The notes below the pieces were generated by a model that saw nothing but the letters and a program-made list of their open reading frames with translations, was not told the origin of the DNA and ran no database searches. Positions 28,422 to 38,058 of a DNA stretch of 53,965 bases are shown here, one piece after another. The position numbers were made by a program, and so were the translations under genes. The stretch covers positions 1 through 53,965 of the IMG/VR virus record IMGVR_UViG_3300025669_001165; one strand, given 5' to 3'. Source of the DNA: a virus. Its lineage: Duplodnaviria; Caudoviricetes. The number at the start of each line of letters is the position of its first letter. Positions within the stretch are counted from its first letter, which is position 1.

Positions 28422-29024
28422 TCACACTCCTTTTTTTGTACCCCAAACATCTACATGAAGTCTAGGGGAATATCTTAGTTTTTTTCTCCAACAATAATTC
28501 CAAACCTTCTTCTTTATCATCAGGTCCTTCTTTGGATTACCAGTAGTCAAAGGCATCAGCATAGTTGCATATGGTAACATATCTGCTCCTACTGTTTCGA
28601 AGTCTGTAACTACCTTTATATCCCAAGTGGCTATTCCTTCCTTCTGCATTGCGAATACTCTTCTGGCGGTTATCAACTCCTTGGGACTTATGGAGATATG
28701 GTCAAACATCTGAAAGTCTTCTTCCATTAACAAATCTCCATTCGTCTCTATATGTACATCTGTAGTGAACACTTCCATCATATACTCTTCTACTGCTGCT
28801 CTCTGTACCAAAGGTTCTCCTCCAGTTAAGCATACGTATCCAGCATCCTGAACGAGATTGTTGAACTTACTCTTACTCAAGTACGTACCACTCGTATGGT
28901 AAGAAGTATCGCACCAAGGACAATCTCTATTACATCCTGACAGACGTATGAACTGCATAGGGACTCCTGCGAACCTTCCCTCTCCTTGTATACCTACGAA
29001 TTCCTCGTTAACTCTTAGCTTCAT
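28422..29024 (-). CDS. queE: 7-carboxy-7-deazaguanine synthase (radical SAM)
   Basis: IQGEG, FIRLSGCNRDCPWCDT, TGGEP, IETNG, SPK and PRLH. Confidence 0.95.
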   Translation of the reverse strand: MKLRVNEEFVGIQGEGRFAGVPMQFIRLSGCNRDCPWCDTSYHTSGTYLSKSKFNNLVQDAGYVCLTGGEPLVQRAAVEEYMMEVFTTDVHIETNGDLLMEEDFQMFDHISISPKELITARRVFAMQKEGIATWDIKVVTDFETVGADMLPYATMLMPLTTGNPKKDLMIKKKVWNYCWRKKLRYSPRLHVDVWGTKKGV

Positions 29025-29419
29025 CTTGCCATCCTTGCATAACTTGTTGGGGTCTCCCAAAGAGTAAGCGAGTGGAGAGAACACTTCAGTTCCAAAACCT
29101 TCGGTTCAAGAATCTCCCAAAAGGCTCTTACCATATTCTCCGCGGTACAGATACAGCCTCCAAATATCTCTACATCATTCAAAAACTGATGGTCTACCTT
29201 ATCTATGATTTGCGCATTAACAAGTTCCTTCAGGTCTACGAAGTTCATCAGCATCCCGTCATCTGTACTAACTCCACCACCTATTTCAACCCTTAACTTG
29301 TAGGTGTGCCCGTGTATGTCATTGCACTTCCCAAACATCTGTCTATTCCACGCCTCTCCGTGTTCGTGATTGAGCAACTTATGTGCGGAATCAAATACGA
29401 AATCCTTACCAATTATCAT
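29021..29419 (-). CDS. queD: 6-carboxy-5,6,7,8-tetrahydropterin synthase
   Basis: FDSAH, GKCNDIHGHTY, DHQFLN, TAEN and WETPTSYA. Confidence 0.97.
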   Translation of the reverse strand: MIIGKDFVFDSAHKLLNHEHGEAWNRQMFGKCNDIHGHTYKLRVEIGGGVSTDDGMLMNFVDLKELVNAQIIDKVDHQFLNDVEIFGGCICTAENMVRAFWEILEPKVLELKCSLHSLTLWETPTSYARMAR

Positions 29420-31734
29420 TAGAACCCTCCTTTGTTGTTATCCCCTACCCTATCATATGCTACTCTTTCCTGCTCATTACACTCTTCCACTCTTGCTAAA
29501 GAAGGGTAGAATTTGTAGTAGGTTCTTCCTTTAAACTCTGACAGTTTATTCTTCCTCGCCCACAAACCAATCACGGGCAAGACTATTCCTTCATCTGTTA
29601 CATGGTACAATTTAGTCTTCGTACTATCCTCTAACATCGTATGTTCGTTATGCAAACAGAAGACTGCATCTGCATCATAAGTTAAATCAATAGTCTCTTT
29701 GATGTCTTCTTCTGTAGGCCAAGTTAACCTATCCTGCATCTTTCTTATCTCTGCTGTTGCAACTAAAGGTACATCGTATGTATTGATTATCCTCTTCAGT
29801 CCTTCACTAATGTGAGTGAACTTATCTCTCGTTTCCTTTCCTCCAGTCTCTGTAGTCATCTTATGTAGGTTGTCGATGAAGACCACCAACTGCTTATCCT
29901 TTGCGATAGTCTTATACATTCGTATAACCTTCTCCATGTACTCAAGTGACCTACCCTCTCCTACATCTTTCACTACCCACTGGTTGGATAACCATCGTAG
30001 ATGATGTACTGCTTCATCTCTTTTCTGTTCTAACATCGCACTTTGCTCGGTTGTGATAGCATCATTGTTTCGTATCTTATGTATGGGATTCGATAAAACG
30101 TTTATCTCTATCCCTGAATGGCTGGCTAATATCCTCGGTAGCACCTTGTTCGTATTGTCATCAATACTAAAGTACAGCACGAATACCTTATCTGGGTTGT
30201 GCATTATAACGTTGTGTGCCATCTCTAAACAGAACGTAGACTTACCTATGTTTGACCTTCCTGCTACCAAATACAAAGCGTTCTGTAGTCCTTCCATCTT
30301 TGCTGTGAGTGTAGGCCAACCCATATGTAACCCTAGTAGTTCTCCTCTACTCCAAGACCATTCCTCGAATGTGTTTATGGCTGACTCCATCTTCTCCATC
30401 TCTCCTAACACATCCTCTAACAATACCCCCTTAGTCGCCTCCCCATCAAACCCATGTAACTCTTGTGTGATAGCACTCTCACTAAGATTCATCGTCTCCG
30501 ACATCCTCCTAATGAGCCTCTCTTGCGCAATCGCACTTTCCTCATTAGCGATTACATTCAGACATTCATCCTTGTAGATATCTTCATCTGGACTGTCTGC
30601 GTACTTCTCCAATTGGTATTCAAAGATGGTCTGTTCTGGTAACGCTAAGAACTTATCTTTCCCGTGCTTCTGTATGTACTCATCTGGGTCTTTAGTATCG
30701 GATAACTTCTTCACAAACACTTCTAGGTCTGTCTTCTCAGTAACCAGGGTGTGTAGTATCTTATCCAAACTTGTAAACGCTCCTGCTTCGTTATCCAAAC
30801 AGAAGACTATTTGATGTATCCCGCATTTCAATAATGCTGCGTATTGTGCTGGAGTGAAGTTCTTACCACACAGGGCTACTACATTCTTTATTCCTGCAAG
30901 GTGTAACGTAAATGCATCAGCATATCCTTCTACCAGGTACAACTTATGTCCTTCTGCTCTTGCCTTGTCTAGGTTGAACAGTATGCTTCCTTTCGTGTAC
31001 ACTGAAGAGTTTCCAAAGTTCAAATAGCGTATAGCATTCTTCTGTCCTCTGTAGTCTCTAGATGCAAAGCCTACCACTCTACCGAAGTGATTCTTTATAG
31101 GAAACACTAATCTATCATCAAATAGGAACTTTTGAAAGCCTTTCTTCTTTTGGTCCTCTCCTGCTAAAAGCCCTGCTCGTATCATTACCTCGTTTGTAAA
31201 CTTCTGTCCCCGTAGTTTGTTTATCAATTTGTCGTAACTGCACCAACCAAAGCCAAACTCATCAACGAGATGTTCCCAACCTCTCTTCTTAATGTAAGTT
31301 TTGATATCCTTAGTGACAGGGTTCTCTGCCTTCATAGTGTTGCATAGCAACTGTGCTGCGTATTCCAACACCTTATGTATCTCTGTCTTATCTTCCTCTG
31401 GTCCCTCGTTACCTACTTCTGTTTCGTACTCTATGTTATACTTGTCAGCCAGATACGCTACATTCTCCGTAATGAACTCAATACCATGCGTGGGTCTTCC
31501 CTCTATAAGCGAAACCGCTTTGAATATGTCTCCTGCTGAACTGCAAGAGAAACAATGAAAGTGTTCCTCATCTGGATAGAAACTACAACTGGGTGTTTCA
31601 TCTTCATTACTGTGTGCTTGGGAGTTGGGACACTGAAAGTGTGTACCACTTAAGTCCCTACCTTGTTCTTCTAAGTAAGTGAAGAGCATAGGTCGTATCT
31701 GAGACATGACTGTCTCAAGATTCTTTATCCTCAT
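29419..31734 (-). CDS. DnaG-like primase / DnaB-like helicase fusion
   Basis: CHC2-type Zn finger, Toprim LVEGYAD and DPDE motifs, helicase GRSNIGKS and FIDNLH. Confidence 0.92.
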   Translation of the reverse strand: MRIKNLETVMSQIRPMLFTYLEEQGRDLSGTHFQCPNSQAHSNEDETPSCSFYPDEEHFHCFSCSSAGDIFKAVSLIEGRPTHGIEFITENVAYLADKYNIEYETEVGNEGPEEDKTEIHKVLEYAAQLLCNTMKAENPVTKDIKTYIKKRGWEHLVDEFGFGWCSYDKLINKLRGQKFTNEVMIRAGLLAGEDQKKKGFQKFLFDDRLVFPIKNHFGRVVGFASRDYRGQKNAIRYLNFGNSSVYTKGSILFNLDKARAEGHKLYLVEGYADAFTLHLAGIKNVVALCGKNFTPAQYAALLKCGIHQIVFCLDNEAGAFTSLDKILHTLVTEKTDLEVFVKKLSDTKDPDEYIQKHGKDKFLALPEQTIFEYQLEKYADSPDEDIYKDECLNVIANEESAIAQERLIRRMSETMNLSESAITQELHGFDGEATKGVLLEDVLGEMEKMESAINTFEEWSWSRGELLGLHMGWPTLTAKMEGLQNALYLVAGRSNIGKSTFCLEMAHNVIMHNPDKVFVLYFSIDDNTNKVLPRILASHSGIEINVLSNPIHKIRNNDAITTEQSAMLEQKRDEAVHHLRWLSNQWVVKDVGEGRSLEYMEKVIRMYKTIAKDKQLVVFIDNLHKMTTETGGKETRDKFTHISEGLKRIINTYDVPLVATAEIRKMQDRLTWPTEEDIKETIDLTYDADAVFCLHNEHTMLEDSTKTKLYHVTDEGIVLPVIGLWARKNKLSEFKGRTYYKFYPSLARVEECNEQERVAYDRVGDNNKGGF

Positions 31735-34270
31735 AATCCTCCATCTCTGACCACCTTTTACCATAAGATATATCAATCCGCATCGGAATGTTCATCCCTG
31801 CGATTGGCCGTTCCATTTCCTCGTATAATATTTTCACGAATCTTTTTAACTCTTCATCTGGAGTCTCCCACAAACCAGCATCATGTATATCCATTAAAGT
31901 AGAAGTCTTCAGTTTCTCTTCCTTTAACCGTACCCCTACTCTTATCATAACGATTGCTAAACAATCATGTGCGAACCCTTGAATAGGAGAGTTCACTGCC
32001 TGAGCTAAAGCATGAGATTCAATTTCCGTAGAGGAGTGAAACATAAGTTGTCCTGCCTCCCCAGTAAAAGAAGTTGCTACTCCCATTGCTACTGGTATGC
32101 GTCTCTTACGACCAAAGTAGTTTACTACGTACCCATTATCAACAGCAAACTTCTTCGTCTCATCCAACCACCTCTCTCCTACTGGAAACTTATCCAGAAA
32201 ATGCCTAATTGTTTTCGTCGCTGCAAGTACAGGTATATCATATTCTTCTGCTACGCTCTTAGGTCCCCTTCCATACATGACTCCAAATACTGTCATCTTA
32301 GCTACAAACCTATCCCACTTCGTAACCTCCTCCTCTGGTTTCTTAAATAGGAAAGCTCCCATCTCTGCGTGAATGTCTTTACCAGATTTGATATACGCAA
32401 TCATATCGGGACACTGAGACATCTGTGCCCAACATCTAAACTCTGCTTGTTTAAAGTCGGCCTCTATTAACCAACTGCCTTCTGCTGCAACGAAGTAACT
32501 CCGAATGTCTTGCGCCTCTTCTCCTCTCTTTGGTTGGTTTTGAAGATTAGGGTTCGCAGAAGATAGTCTACCTGTTTCTGTACCATGTTGTTTATAAGTA
32601 GTATGTAACCTACCGTCTGCATGTATCAGCTCTGGTACGTTCTTCAAATAGGTACCATAAAACTTAGACAGAGTACCAGTACGTTGTAAATACTTCGCTC
32701 CTTCGTGTTTGGTAGAAAGGCTTTCCAAAGCATCCTTATTAGTACTCCTATCTGAATAGGGGTCTCCATATAGCAACGCTCTTTTGTGTTGTACGCTATT
32801 GGGATTGAATACTACTGGGGGTACTTCCTTGGGTGTCTTCCTTACCTCATCGCTCTTCTTCTGGGCGAGAGTAGTCATCAGTTTTTCTACTACCTTAACG
32901 CTAGGGAGTTCCTGCAACCCCACAGAAAGCTTTTCCAGTTCAGTTCCGTACTTCTCTATTAACTTCTGGAGTATGGATTGGTCTATCCTCACGCCTCTCA
33001 TCTCCATCTTCTGAAGCAGTTTGTTGTAGGGCATTACTATCTTACTGAACAGTACCCACAGACCTTCATCTATCAACCTCTGTTTGAATATGTTGTACAG
33101 TCTTATGGTAGCATCAACATCCATTCCTGCGTATTGCCAAAGTACCTCCTCGGGAATAACCGCATAGGACGTCTTTGAGTTCAATAAATACTTTTTCAGT
33201 CCCTTATCATACTGACCCATATCAGTATATTCCATTGCTAAACTCTTCAAGTCGTGTGCACCAGTTTCCTGTAACAGATGATGAGCGAGCATCGTATCGA
33301 ACTTAAAATCTACCATCTGTACATTCGCTTGCATAAGAAACTTGTTATCAAACTTACCATTCTGAGCAATCATTGTCTTACCGTACGGCTCATTGAACAT
33401 ATCTCTCAGCATCCTACAGATGAACCCAAAGTCACTCTTATCCCAGAAGGGTTCTAACTTACCATCTGTCATGTAATTCTTATTGCTATGGTAGAATGGA
33501 ATAATTGCTCCTGTTCTCTCTTTCCAAGAGAACGCAAGACACAGTACCTTATCTACACCACTCCACCCAAAACCCGACGTTTCAATATCATAAGATACCT
33601 CTTTCTCTCCTTCTATATGTTTGAACAACGTCTGAACCTTATCCAAATCAGTACAGGGTACATACTTGCAAGGTTCTGGTTTGCCTATTCCTTTACCCTC
33701 CAATGCCTGATATACTGCTTCCCACCCCTTACGAAACAAATCGTTAGCTCTGTCTCCCTGGTTCCTCAAAACATATGACGGATGAACGATTGGTATACAA
33801 ACAGCATCATATTGTTCATTCCAGAAGGGCTTTCCCGTAAGACGAATGATACCTTTGGAAAACCCCAACACCGTGTTCATAGCGACGGCCCCCAGTAGAA
33901 CTATAATCTTTGGCTTCACTTCTTCTATTTCCAAGTACAACTTGGTTTTGCATACAGCCACCTCCTTTTTAGTCGGCGCTCTATTCCCTGGGGGTCGACA
34001 CTTTACAACATTCGTAATATACATATTCTCTCTAACTAAACCCTGCATCTTAAGAAAATGGTTCATTAACTGACCTTGTTTTCCTACGAGGGGTTCCTGC
34101 TTGACTACTTCTTCGCCTCCGAGTGCTTCTCCTATTACCATTATCGAGGCATCCTTAGGTCCTACTCCCATCAATCCAGCAGTTCTACATACTAGACCTG
34201 AGTAACCGTAAGTGCTACCTTCCCATAACTTGCACTCTTTACAATTAACGACATCACAATCAAACTGCAT
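31715..34270 (-). CDS. polA: Family A DNA polymerase with an N-terminal family-4 uracil-DNA glycosylase-like domain
   Basis: UDG: GEALG, TNVVKCRPPGNR, HPS. 3'-5' exonuclease: YDIET, NGKFD, YAGMD. Polymerase: TGRLSS, ADFKQAE, RFVAKMTVFGVMYG, IHDA. Confidence 0.95.
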   Translation of the reverse strand: MQFDCDVVNCKECKLWEGSTYGYSGLVCRTAGLMGVGPKDASIMVIGEALGGEEVVKQEPLVGKQGQLMNHFLKMQGLVRENMYITNVVKCRPPGNRAPTKKEVAVCKTKLYLEIEEVKPKIIVLLGAVAMNTVLGFSKGIIRLTGKPFWNEQYDAVCIPIVHPSYVLRNQGDRANDLFRKGWEAVYQALEGKGIGKPEPCKYVPCTDLDKVQTLFKHIEGEKEVSYDIETSGFGWSGVDKVLCLAFSWKERTGAIIPFYHSNKNYMTDGKLEPFWDKSDFGFICRMLRDMFNEPYGKTMIAQNGKFDNKFLMQANVQMVDFKFDTMLAHHLLQETGAHDLKSLAMEYTDMGQYDKGLKKYLLNSKTSYAVIPEEVLWQYAGMDVDATIRLYNIFKQRLIDEGLWVLFSKIVMPYNKLLQKMEMRGVRIDQSILQKLIEKYGTELEKLSVGLQELPSVKVVEKLMTTLAQKKSDEVRKTPKEVPPVVFNPNSVQHKRALLYGDPYSDRSTNKDALESLSTKHEGAKYLQRTGTLSKFYGTYLKNVPELIHADGRLHTTYKQHGTETGRLSSANPNLQNQPKRGEEAQDIRSYFVAAEGSWLIEADFKQAEFRCWAQMSQCPDMIAYIKSGKDIHAEMGAFLFKKPEEEVTKWDRFVAKMTVFGVMYGRGPKSVAEEYDIPVLAATKTIRHFLDKFPVGERWLDETKKFAVDNGYVVNYFGRKRRIPVAMGVATSFTGEAGQLMFHSSTEIESHALAQAVNSPIQGFAHDCLAIVMIRVGVRLKEEKLKTSTLMDIHDAGLWETPDEELKRFVKILYEEMERPIAGMNIPMRIDISYGKRWSEMEDYEDKES

Positions 34271-35036
34271 TCTTGTCCCTTTTGTATAATTCGTTGTAGG
34301 TTTTACCGTTTAGGTATCTCCAATGATAGGTTTCAAAGCCTAACTTGATTCCTGTATCCTTGTACTTCTCTTTCATATACTCTCTACACTCTCTCCAATC
34401 ATCTTTACTGATGACTCTAAACTTGTTCGTCTTCCATAACTCTTCGTAGAACTGGCTACCTCTCATTGGTACATATGTGAGTGCTACTATCTCCTGCACG
34501 TAAGTCTTCCTCTCGTACAACCAATCGACCGTATGAAAGAAATCCTGGTTACCTGTAGTGAATGGTAACCCCGACATTATGTATACGAGATTGTTAACTC
34601 CCTTCTTAAACGACTGCTCTAAAACTTCTTCCATCTGGGCAACTACGATACCTTTCCCTAACCAACTCAGTATCTCATCGTCTGCTATCTCAAAGCCCCA
34701 ACTGATAGTGAGGTCGAATAGTTCTACTACTCTGGATACCTCATCCCAGTCTACCTTGTCTATCCTGTTCTCTACTCTCAGAGCAGTTACTCCATTGTCA
34801 CTTAGATAGTCATAAACGAAGTTTCTTATCTCTGGTGTTAAGTCATCATCGCTGAACCAACTACCACCATTGAATATCTTAAAGTATCTTCCTTCCTTCT
34901 TACACTTCACCAATTCCTCATCTAACATATCCTTCAAGTCTTCCCTAGTGGGCATAGCAAACTTCTGCATTTGATTGTAACCGCAGAACTTACACTTCCC
35001 CCAACTACAGGGTCCTATGTTTAAGTAAACAGACAC
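34260..35036 (-). CDS. RaSEA-like radical SAM protein (archaeosine formation; TIGR01210-like)
   Basis: CSWGKCKFCGY, KIFNGGSW, VENR, GFEIADDEI..LGKG and YIMSGLPF resemble RaSEA segments (KIFTSGSF, VESR, GLETANDEI..INKG). Coupled to the DUF5591 gene. Confidence 0.7.
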   Translation of the reverse strand: MSVYLNIGPCSWGKCKFCGYNQMQKFAMPTREDLKDMLDEELVKCKKEGRYFKIFNGGSWFSDDDLTPEIRNFVYDYLSDNGVTALRVENRIDKVDWDEVSRVVELFDLTISWGFEIADDEILSWLGKGIVVAQMEEVLEQSFKKGVNNLVYIMSGLPFTTGNQDFFHTVDWLYERKTYVQEIVALTYVPMRGSQFYEELWKTNKFRVISKDDWRECREYMKEKYKDTGIKLGFETYHWRYLNGKTYNELYKRDKNAV

Positions 35037-35818
35037 ACTTCCTCCTTTGCTTTCCTAAGCTCTTCTAGGAACATCTCCTTTGTACGTTTAAGGCCCAGCA
35101 TCCTAAACTTTAACAGACCTGTGCTACCTTTAAACCTATCTATATATTCGTCATTTATTTTTCGTATATTTTCGTCGGTAAAAACAGTGAACTTCTTCTG
35201 TTCGATAGGGCAATCGATAAGTGCATCGTAAGTTTCCCCCGGTCTAACCATGTTCACTATCGCTTTGTATTTGAACTGAGTAAACCATCTGTATATCCTA
35301 GCGCGGGTAACTGCTGTGTACTTCGCCTTTATCTCTTCTGTCTCTTCTGTTTCGTTCCATTCGTAATACCTATATGGGTAGTGCCCATCGTAATCTATTG
35401 GTATCACTCCTGGATTGGATAGTATGAAGAAGTCTACTCCCTCTTTCTGACATATGGTATAGTACTGTTTGATATACTGCTGTGTTCGGTAGGGCTTCTT
35501 ATTGGCACATAACATTACCACAGCAATGTTTGACTTGGGTTTGAAGTTCTCCTCTAAGTGTTTCCTCATAGTTGTATATGAGAAATGCTCGAGTTGCTTA
35601 CTTGTTGCTCCTACGAGCCCATCTAAGTCCCACTGGTCTCTTGGAATTACTTCATCTTCTTCTGATAGGAATGGAGCGAGTTTATCTTTGCCCCACTTGG
35701 TTATGTCTTCTCTATTCTGTTCACTATGGAGTTTCTTATATTCGGGTCCCCAACTTTGTCTCCAAGCAATAATGTTCTTCGCAACCTTGTAATACAAATC
35801 TTCGTTCGTAATCACCAC
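35021..35818 (-). CDS. ArcS-like archaeosine synthase subunit (DUF5591)
   Basis: VVMLCANKKPY...ILSNPGVIPIDYDGHYPYRYY resembles the ArcS core LLPCSxxKPY...SPxGVVPxE...YPxxxY. Confidence 0.75.
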   Translation of the reverse strand: MVITNEDLYYKVAKNIIAWRQSWGPEYKKLHSEQNREDITKWGKDKLAPFLSEEDEVIPRDQWDLDGLVGATSKQLEHFSYTTMRKHLEENFKPKSNIAVVMLCANKKPYRTQQYIKQYYTICQKEGVDFFILSNPGVIPIDYDGHYPYRYYEWNETEETEEIKAKYTAVTRARIYRWFTQFKYKAIVNMVRPGETYDALIDCPIEQKKFTVFTDENIRKINDEYIDRFKGSTGLLKFRMLGLKRTKEMFLEELRKAKEEVCLFT

Positions 35819-35825
35819 AGCCTCC

Positions 35826-36593
35826 TTATTTTACCATTTGCATAGTAACTAAAATATTTTGTAGGGCTTGTTGAAACACCTCCTTATCGTAGCCACCATC
35901 GAAGTCCAGTAGACCATCTACCTTATCCGCACATCCTTCAACTGTAAAAGCTATGTCGTTCATAGCGTACTTCACCTGCTTGGTAGTATCGTTACTACGT
36001 ATCCAAGAATACTTCTTCTGGAAGAACAATTCAAGTACGTTACCCAGTCCTAGCAGATGATGTTCCTTCTGCGGGTCCATTTTGTCTAGTAGATTTGTTA
36101 GATACACTCGGTTCGGCATCACCCCAGGCAGATTAGTCTCACTCTTAAAGCACTTTTCTACTACCCTGAACGCTAAACCTATAACATCTACTTCTGACCA
36201 TCTACATAACTCTTCATAACACTCCATATACTCTTGATAAGTACTACCTTGGGGAACCGCCTGAATCTTTAAACCTCTTGCACCATCAGAACGAGACAGT
36301 ATATCTAGTGCTGCCATAGAATCTTGTAGCGTTTTCTTCATATCGAACTTATGGTCGGGCAATACTATTTCATCGCACTCTAACCTTATTGCTTCTTCTA
36401 TTACCTGCCCGAATGGTAATGAAGAACCTAACTCATGTGCACTGTTATCCATTATCTTATACTTCTTCGTTCCTTTGAAGAAAGCGCTGTACTCAGCATC
36501 TAACTGAGACACGTGTGGAAGCAGAAGATAGAAGTCCTGCATATCATGTAGTGCTTCACAATACGACTCTGGACATATGAAAGATAGTTTCAT
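35826..36593 (-). CDS. dpdA: DpdA-like (TGT-fold) DNA base-exchange transglycosylase
   Basis: IMDNSAHE, IVLPD, AVPQG, HLLGL and SNDTT TGT-like motifs, in context with folE and the que genes. Confidence 0.72.
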   Translation of the reverse strand: MKLSFICPESYCEALHDMQDFYLLLPHVSQLDAEYSAFFKGTKKYKIMDNSAHELGSSLPFGQVIEEAIRLECDEIVLPDHKFDMKKTLQDSMAALDILSRSDGARGLKIQAVPQGSTYQEYMECYEELCRWSEVDVIGLAFRVVEKCFKSETNLPGVMPNRVYLTNLLDKMDPQKEHHLLGLGNVLELFFQKKYSWIRSNDTTKQVKYAMNDIAFTVEGCADKVDGLLDFDGGYDKEVFQQALQNILVTMQMVK

Positions 36594-36907
36594 TCGAACA
36601 GCTCCTTTTCTTTAAGTGCTTCCTCTTTAAGGTCTTCGTACTTCTGTTCCAACTTCGCTACCTCTTGGTATTGAAAAAAAGCATAGCACGCTACATCTCT
36701 TAACTCTGACCTCATCTCGAAGAAAAGGTCACTATCCTTATGCTGTTCCTCTCCATACACTTTCGCGCCTAACTTGAATCCCTCTACCATATCACTTATG
36801 AACTTTGATAATGTGGTAGGGTCTACGTCCCTTGGTAGAGATAAAAACTCTGCCAGTGTTCCTTTGTACTCTTCCTTTGGTGCTTCTTTCTTTTCTTCAT
36901 CAGCCAT
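36590..36907 (-). CDS. Small all-alpha nucleotide-modification-associated protein (MazG-like superfamily)
   Basis: GAKVYG...EMRSELRDVACYA pattern; lies between folE and dpdA. Confidence 0.45.
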   Translation of the reverse strand: MADEEKKEAPKEEYKGTLAEFLSLPRDVDPTTLSKFISDMVEGFKLGAKVYGEEQHKDSDLFFEMRSELRDVACYAFFQYQEVAKLEQKYEDLKEEALKEKELFE

Positions 36908-36909
36908 TG

Positions 36910-37743
36910 TTACCTCCTTATTAAGGTTAAGAACTCTTCTCTTGCTTGCTTGGTAGGGTCTAAAAACACTCCCCTCATTGCGGAGGTTGTCATAACACTA
37001 CTTTGTTTTCGTACTCCTCTAATAGCAGTACACATATGCTGCGCTTCGATTACAACTCCTAGTCCTTTCGGCTTGAGATGCTTTTCTATCGCGTCTGCTA
37101 TCTGTCTCGTCATCCTTTCTTGTATCTGAGGTCTCCTAGCATAAATGTCTACCACCCTAGCAAGTTTGGATACTCCTACCACCCTTCCACCATCTTCTGG
37201 AATGTAAGCCACATGCGCTTTACCCAAGAAGGGAAGAAAATGATGCGAACACATGGATTGGAATTCTATATCCTTTAGAATCACCATCTCGTTATAACCG
37301 TCAGAGGGAAACGAAGTACCTAGTACATCGTCTGCATTTTCATCCAACCCCGCGAACAACTCTATCCAAGCTCGTGCAATCCTATGTGGGGTACCTTGAA
37401 GATTTTCATCTTCCAAATCAAGCCCCCGGAACTTCTTAGAGAGCCCTCTTAACATTAGAGCAGCGCCGGTAGCTATTTCATTGACCCCCCAATTCTCTCT
37501 CTTCCAGGTTCCTAACTCGTTGTGAAGCTTCTGATGGCACTTACGACACAATATTTCCACATCCTCTTCCTTATTGAACGCAGTATTAGTAGAAACCCCA
37601 TAGGGAATATGTACCCCATTGAGGTGATGTCTTTCTATATTATCTGTGCTCCCACAGCGACTACAGCACTCATTTGGTAGTATCCCTGAGGCCTCTTTAG
37701 CCCAATCTAGCGTATCCCCCTTGGTTTTCTTGCTCTTTTCCAT
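36910..37743 (-). CDS. folE: GTP cyclohydrolase I with an N-terminal HNH domain
   Basis: [33 protein letters not shown] and [10 protein letters not shown]-terminal CSRC...RHH...LCRKCH. AAGGAG RBS before 37743. Confidence 0.93.
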   Translation of the reverse strand: MEKSKKTKGDTLDWAKEASGILPNECCSRCGSTDNIERHHLNGVHIPYGVSTNTAFNKEEDVEILCRKCHQKLHNELGTWKRENWGVNEIATGAALMLRGLSKKFRGLDLEDENLQGTPHRIARAWIELFAGLDENADDVLGTSFPSDGYNEMVILKDIEFQSMCSHHFLPFLGKAHVAYIPEDGGRVVGVSKLARVVDIYARRPQIQERMTRQIADAIEKHLKPKGLGVVIEAQHMCTAIRGVRKQSSVMTTSAMRGVFLDPTKQAREEFLTLIRR

Positions 37744-37759
37744 GTATCCCCTCCTTGTT

Positions 37760-38056
37760 TTAGTCGAATAAATCATTATCCTGTATAACCACCCCAGAGC
37801 TGGAAGCAAGGGGCTGCGTCCTCACTTCCGTGGACTCGACAGGGTGTCTCGTCCGCTCTAATGACTCTGGGATAGTATTTTTCTTTCCGTACACCACCAG
37901 GATATCATTTTTCTGTAGGTTTAATTTTGTCATTGATACGAGAGCGCTAGCGTTGTCATAAGTAGCAGCAGGGAACACTTCCATTATCTTCTCTGCTATT
38001 GCTTTATGCACCAATCCCGCTCTGAATCCTTCTTTCGCTACTTCTGTCTTGTTCAT
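37760..38056 (-). CDS. Hypothetical protein
   Basis: 98-aa ORF whose 3' half overlaps a structured RNA candidate. Confidence 0.5.
   Translation of the reverse strand: MNKTEVAKEGFRAGLVHKAIAEKIMEVFPAATYDNASALVSMTKLNLQKNDILVVYGKKNTIPESLERTRHPVESTEVRTQPLASSSGVVIQDNDLFD
37793..37871 (-). other. Three-way-junction RNA candidate upstream of folE
   Basis: CCCAGAGT/GCTCTGGG closing stem enclosing the hairpins GGAC-GA-GACA-ccc-TGTC-GA-GTCC and GGAAGTGAGG/CCTTGCTTCC. Confidence 0.5.
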
Positions 38057-38058
38057 AT

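Noticed and set aside
37810-37845. Hammerhead-like CTGTCGAG-TCC...GGAC-GCAG upstream of folE
   Set aside because: The core deviates from CUGANGA and GAAA at essential positions, and an alternative fold explains the pairing better.
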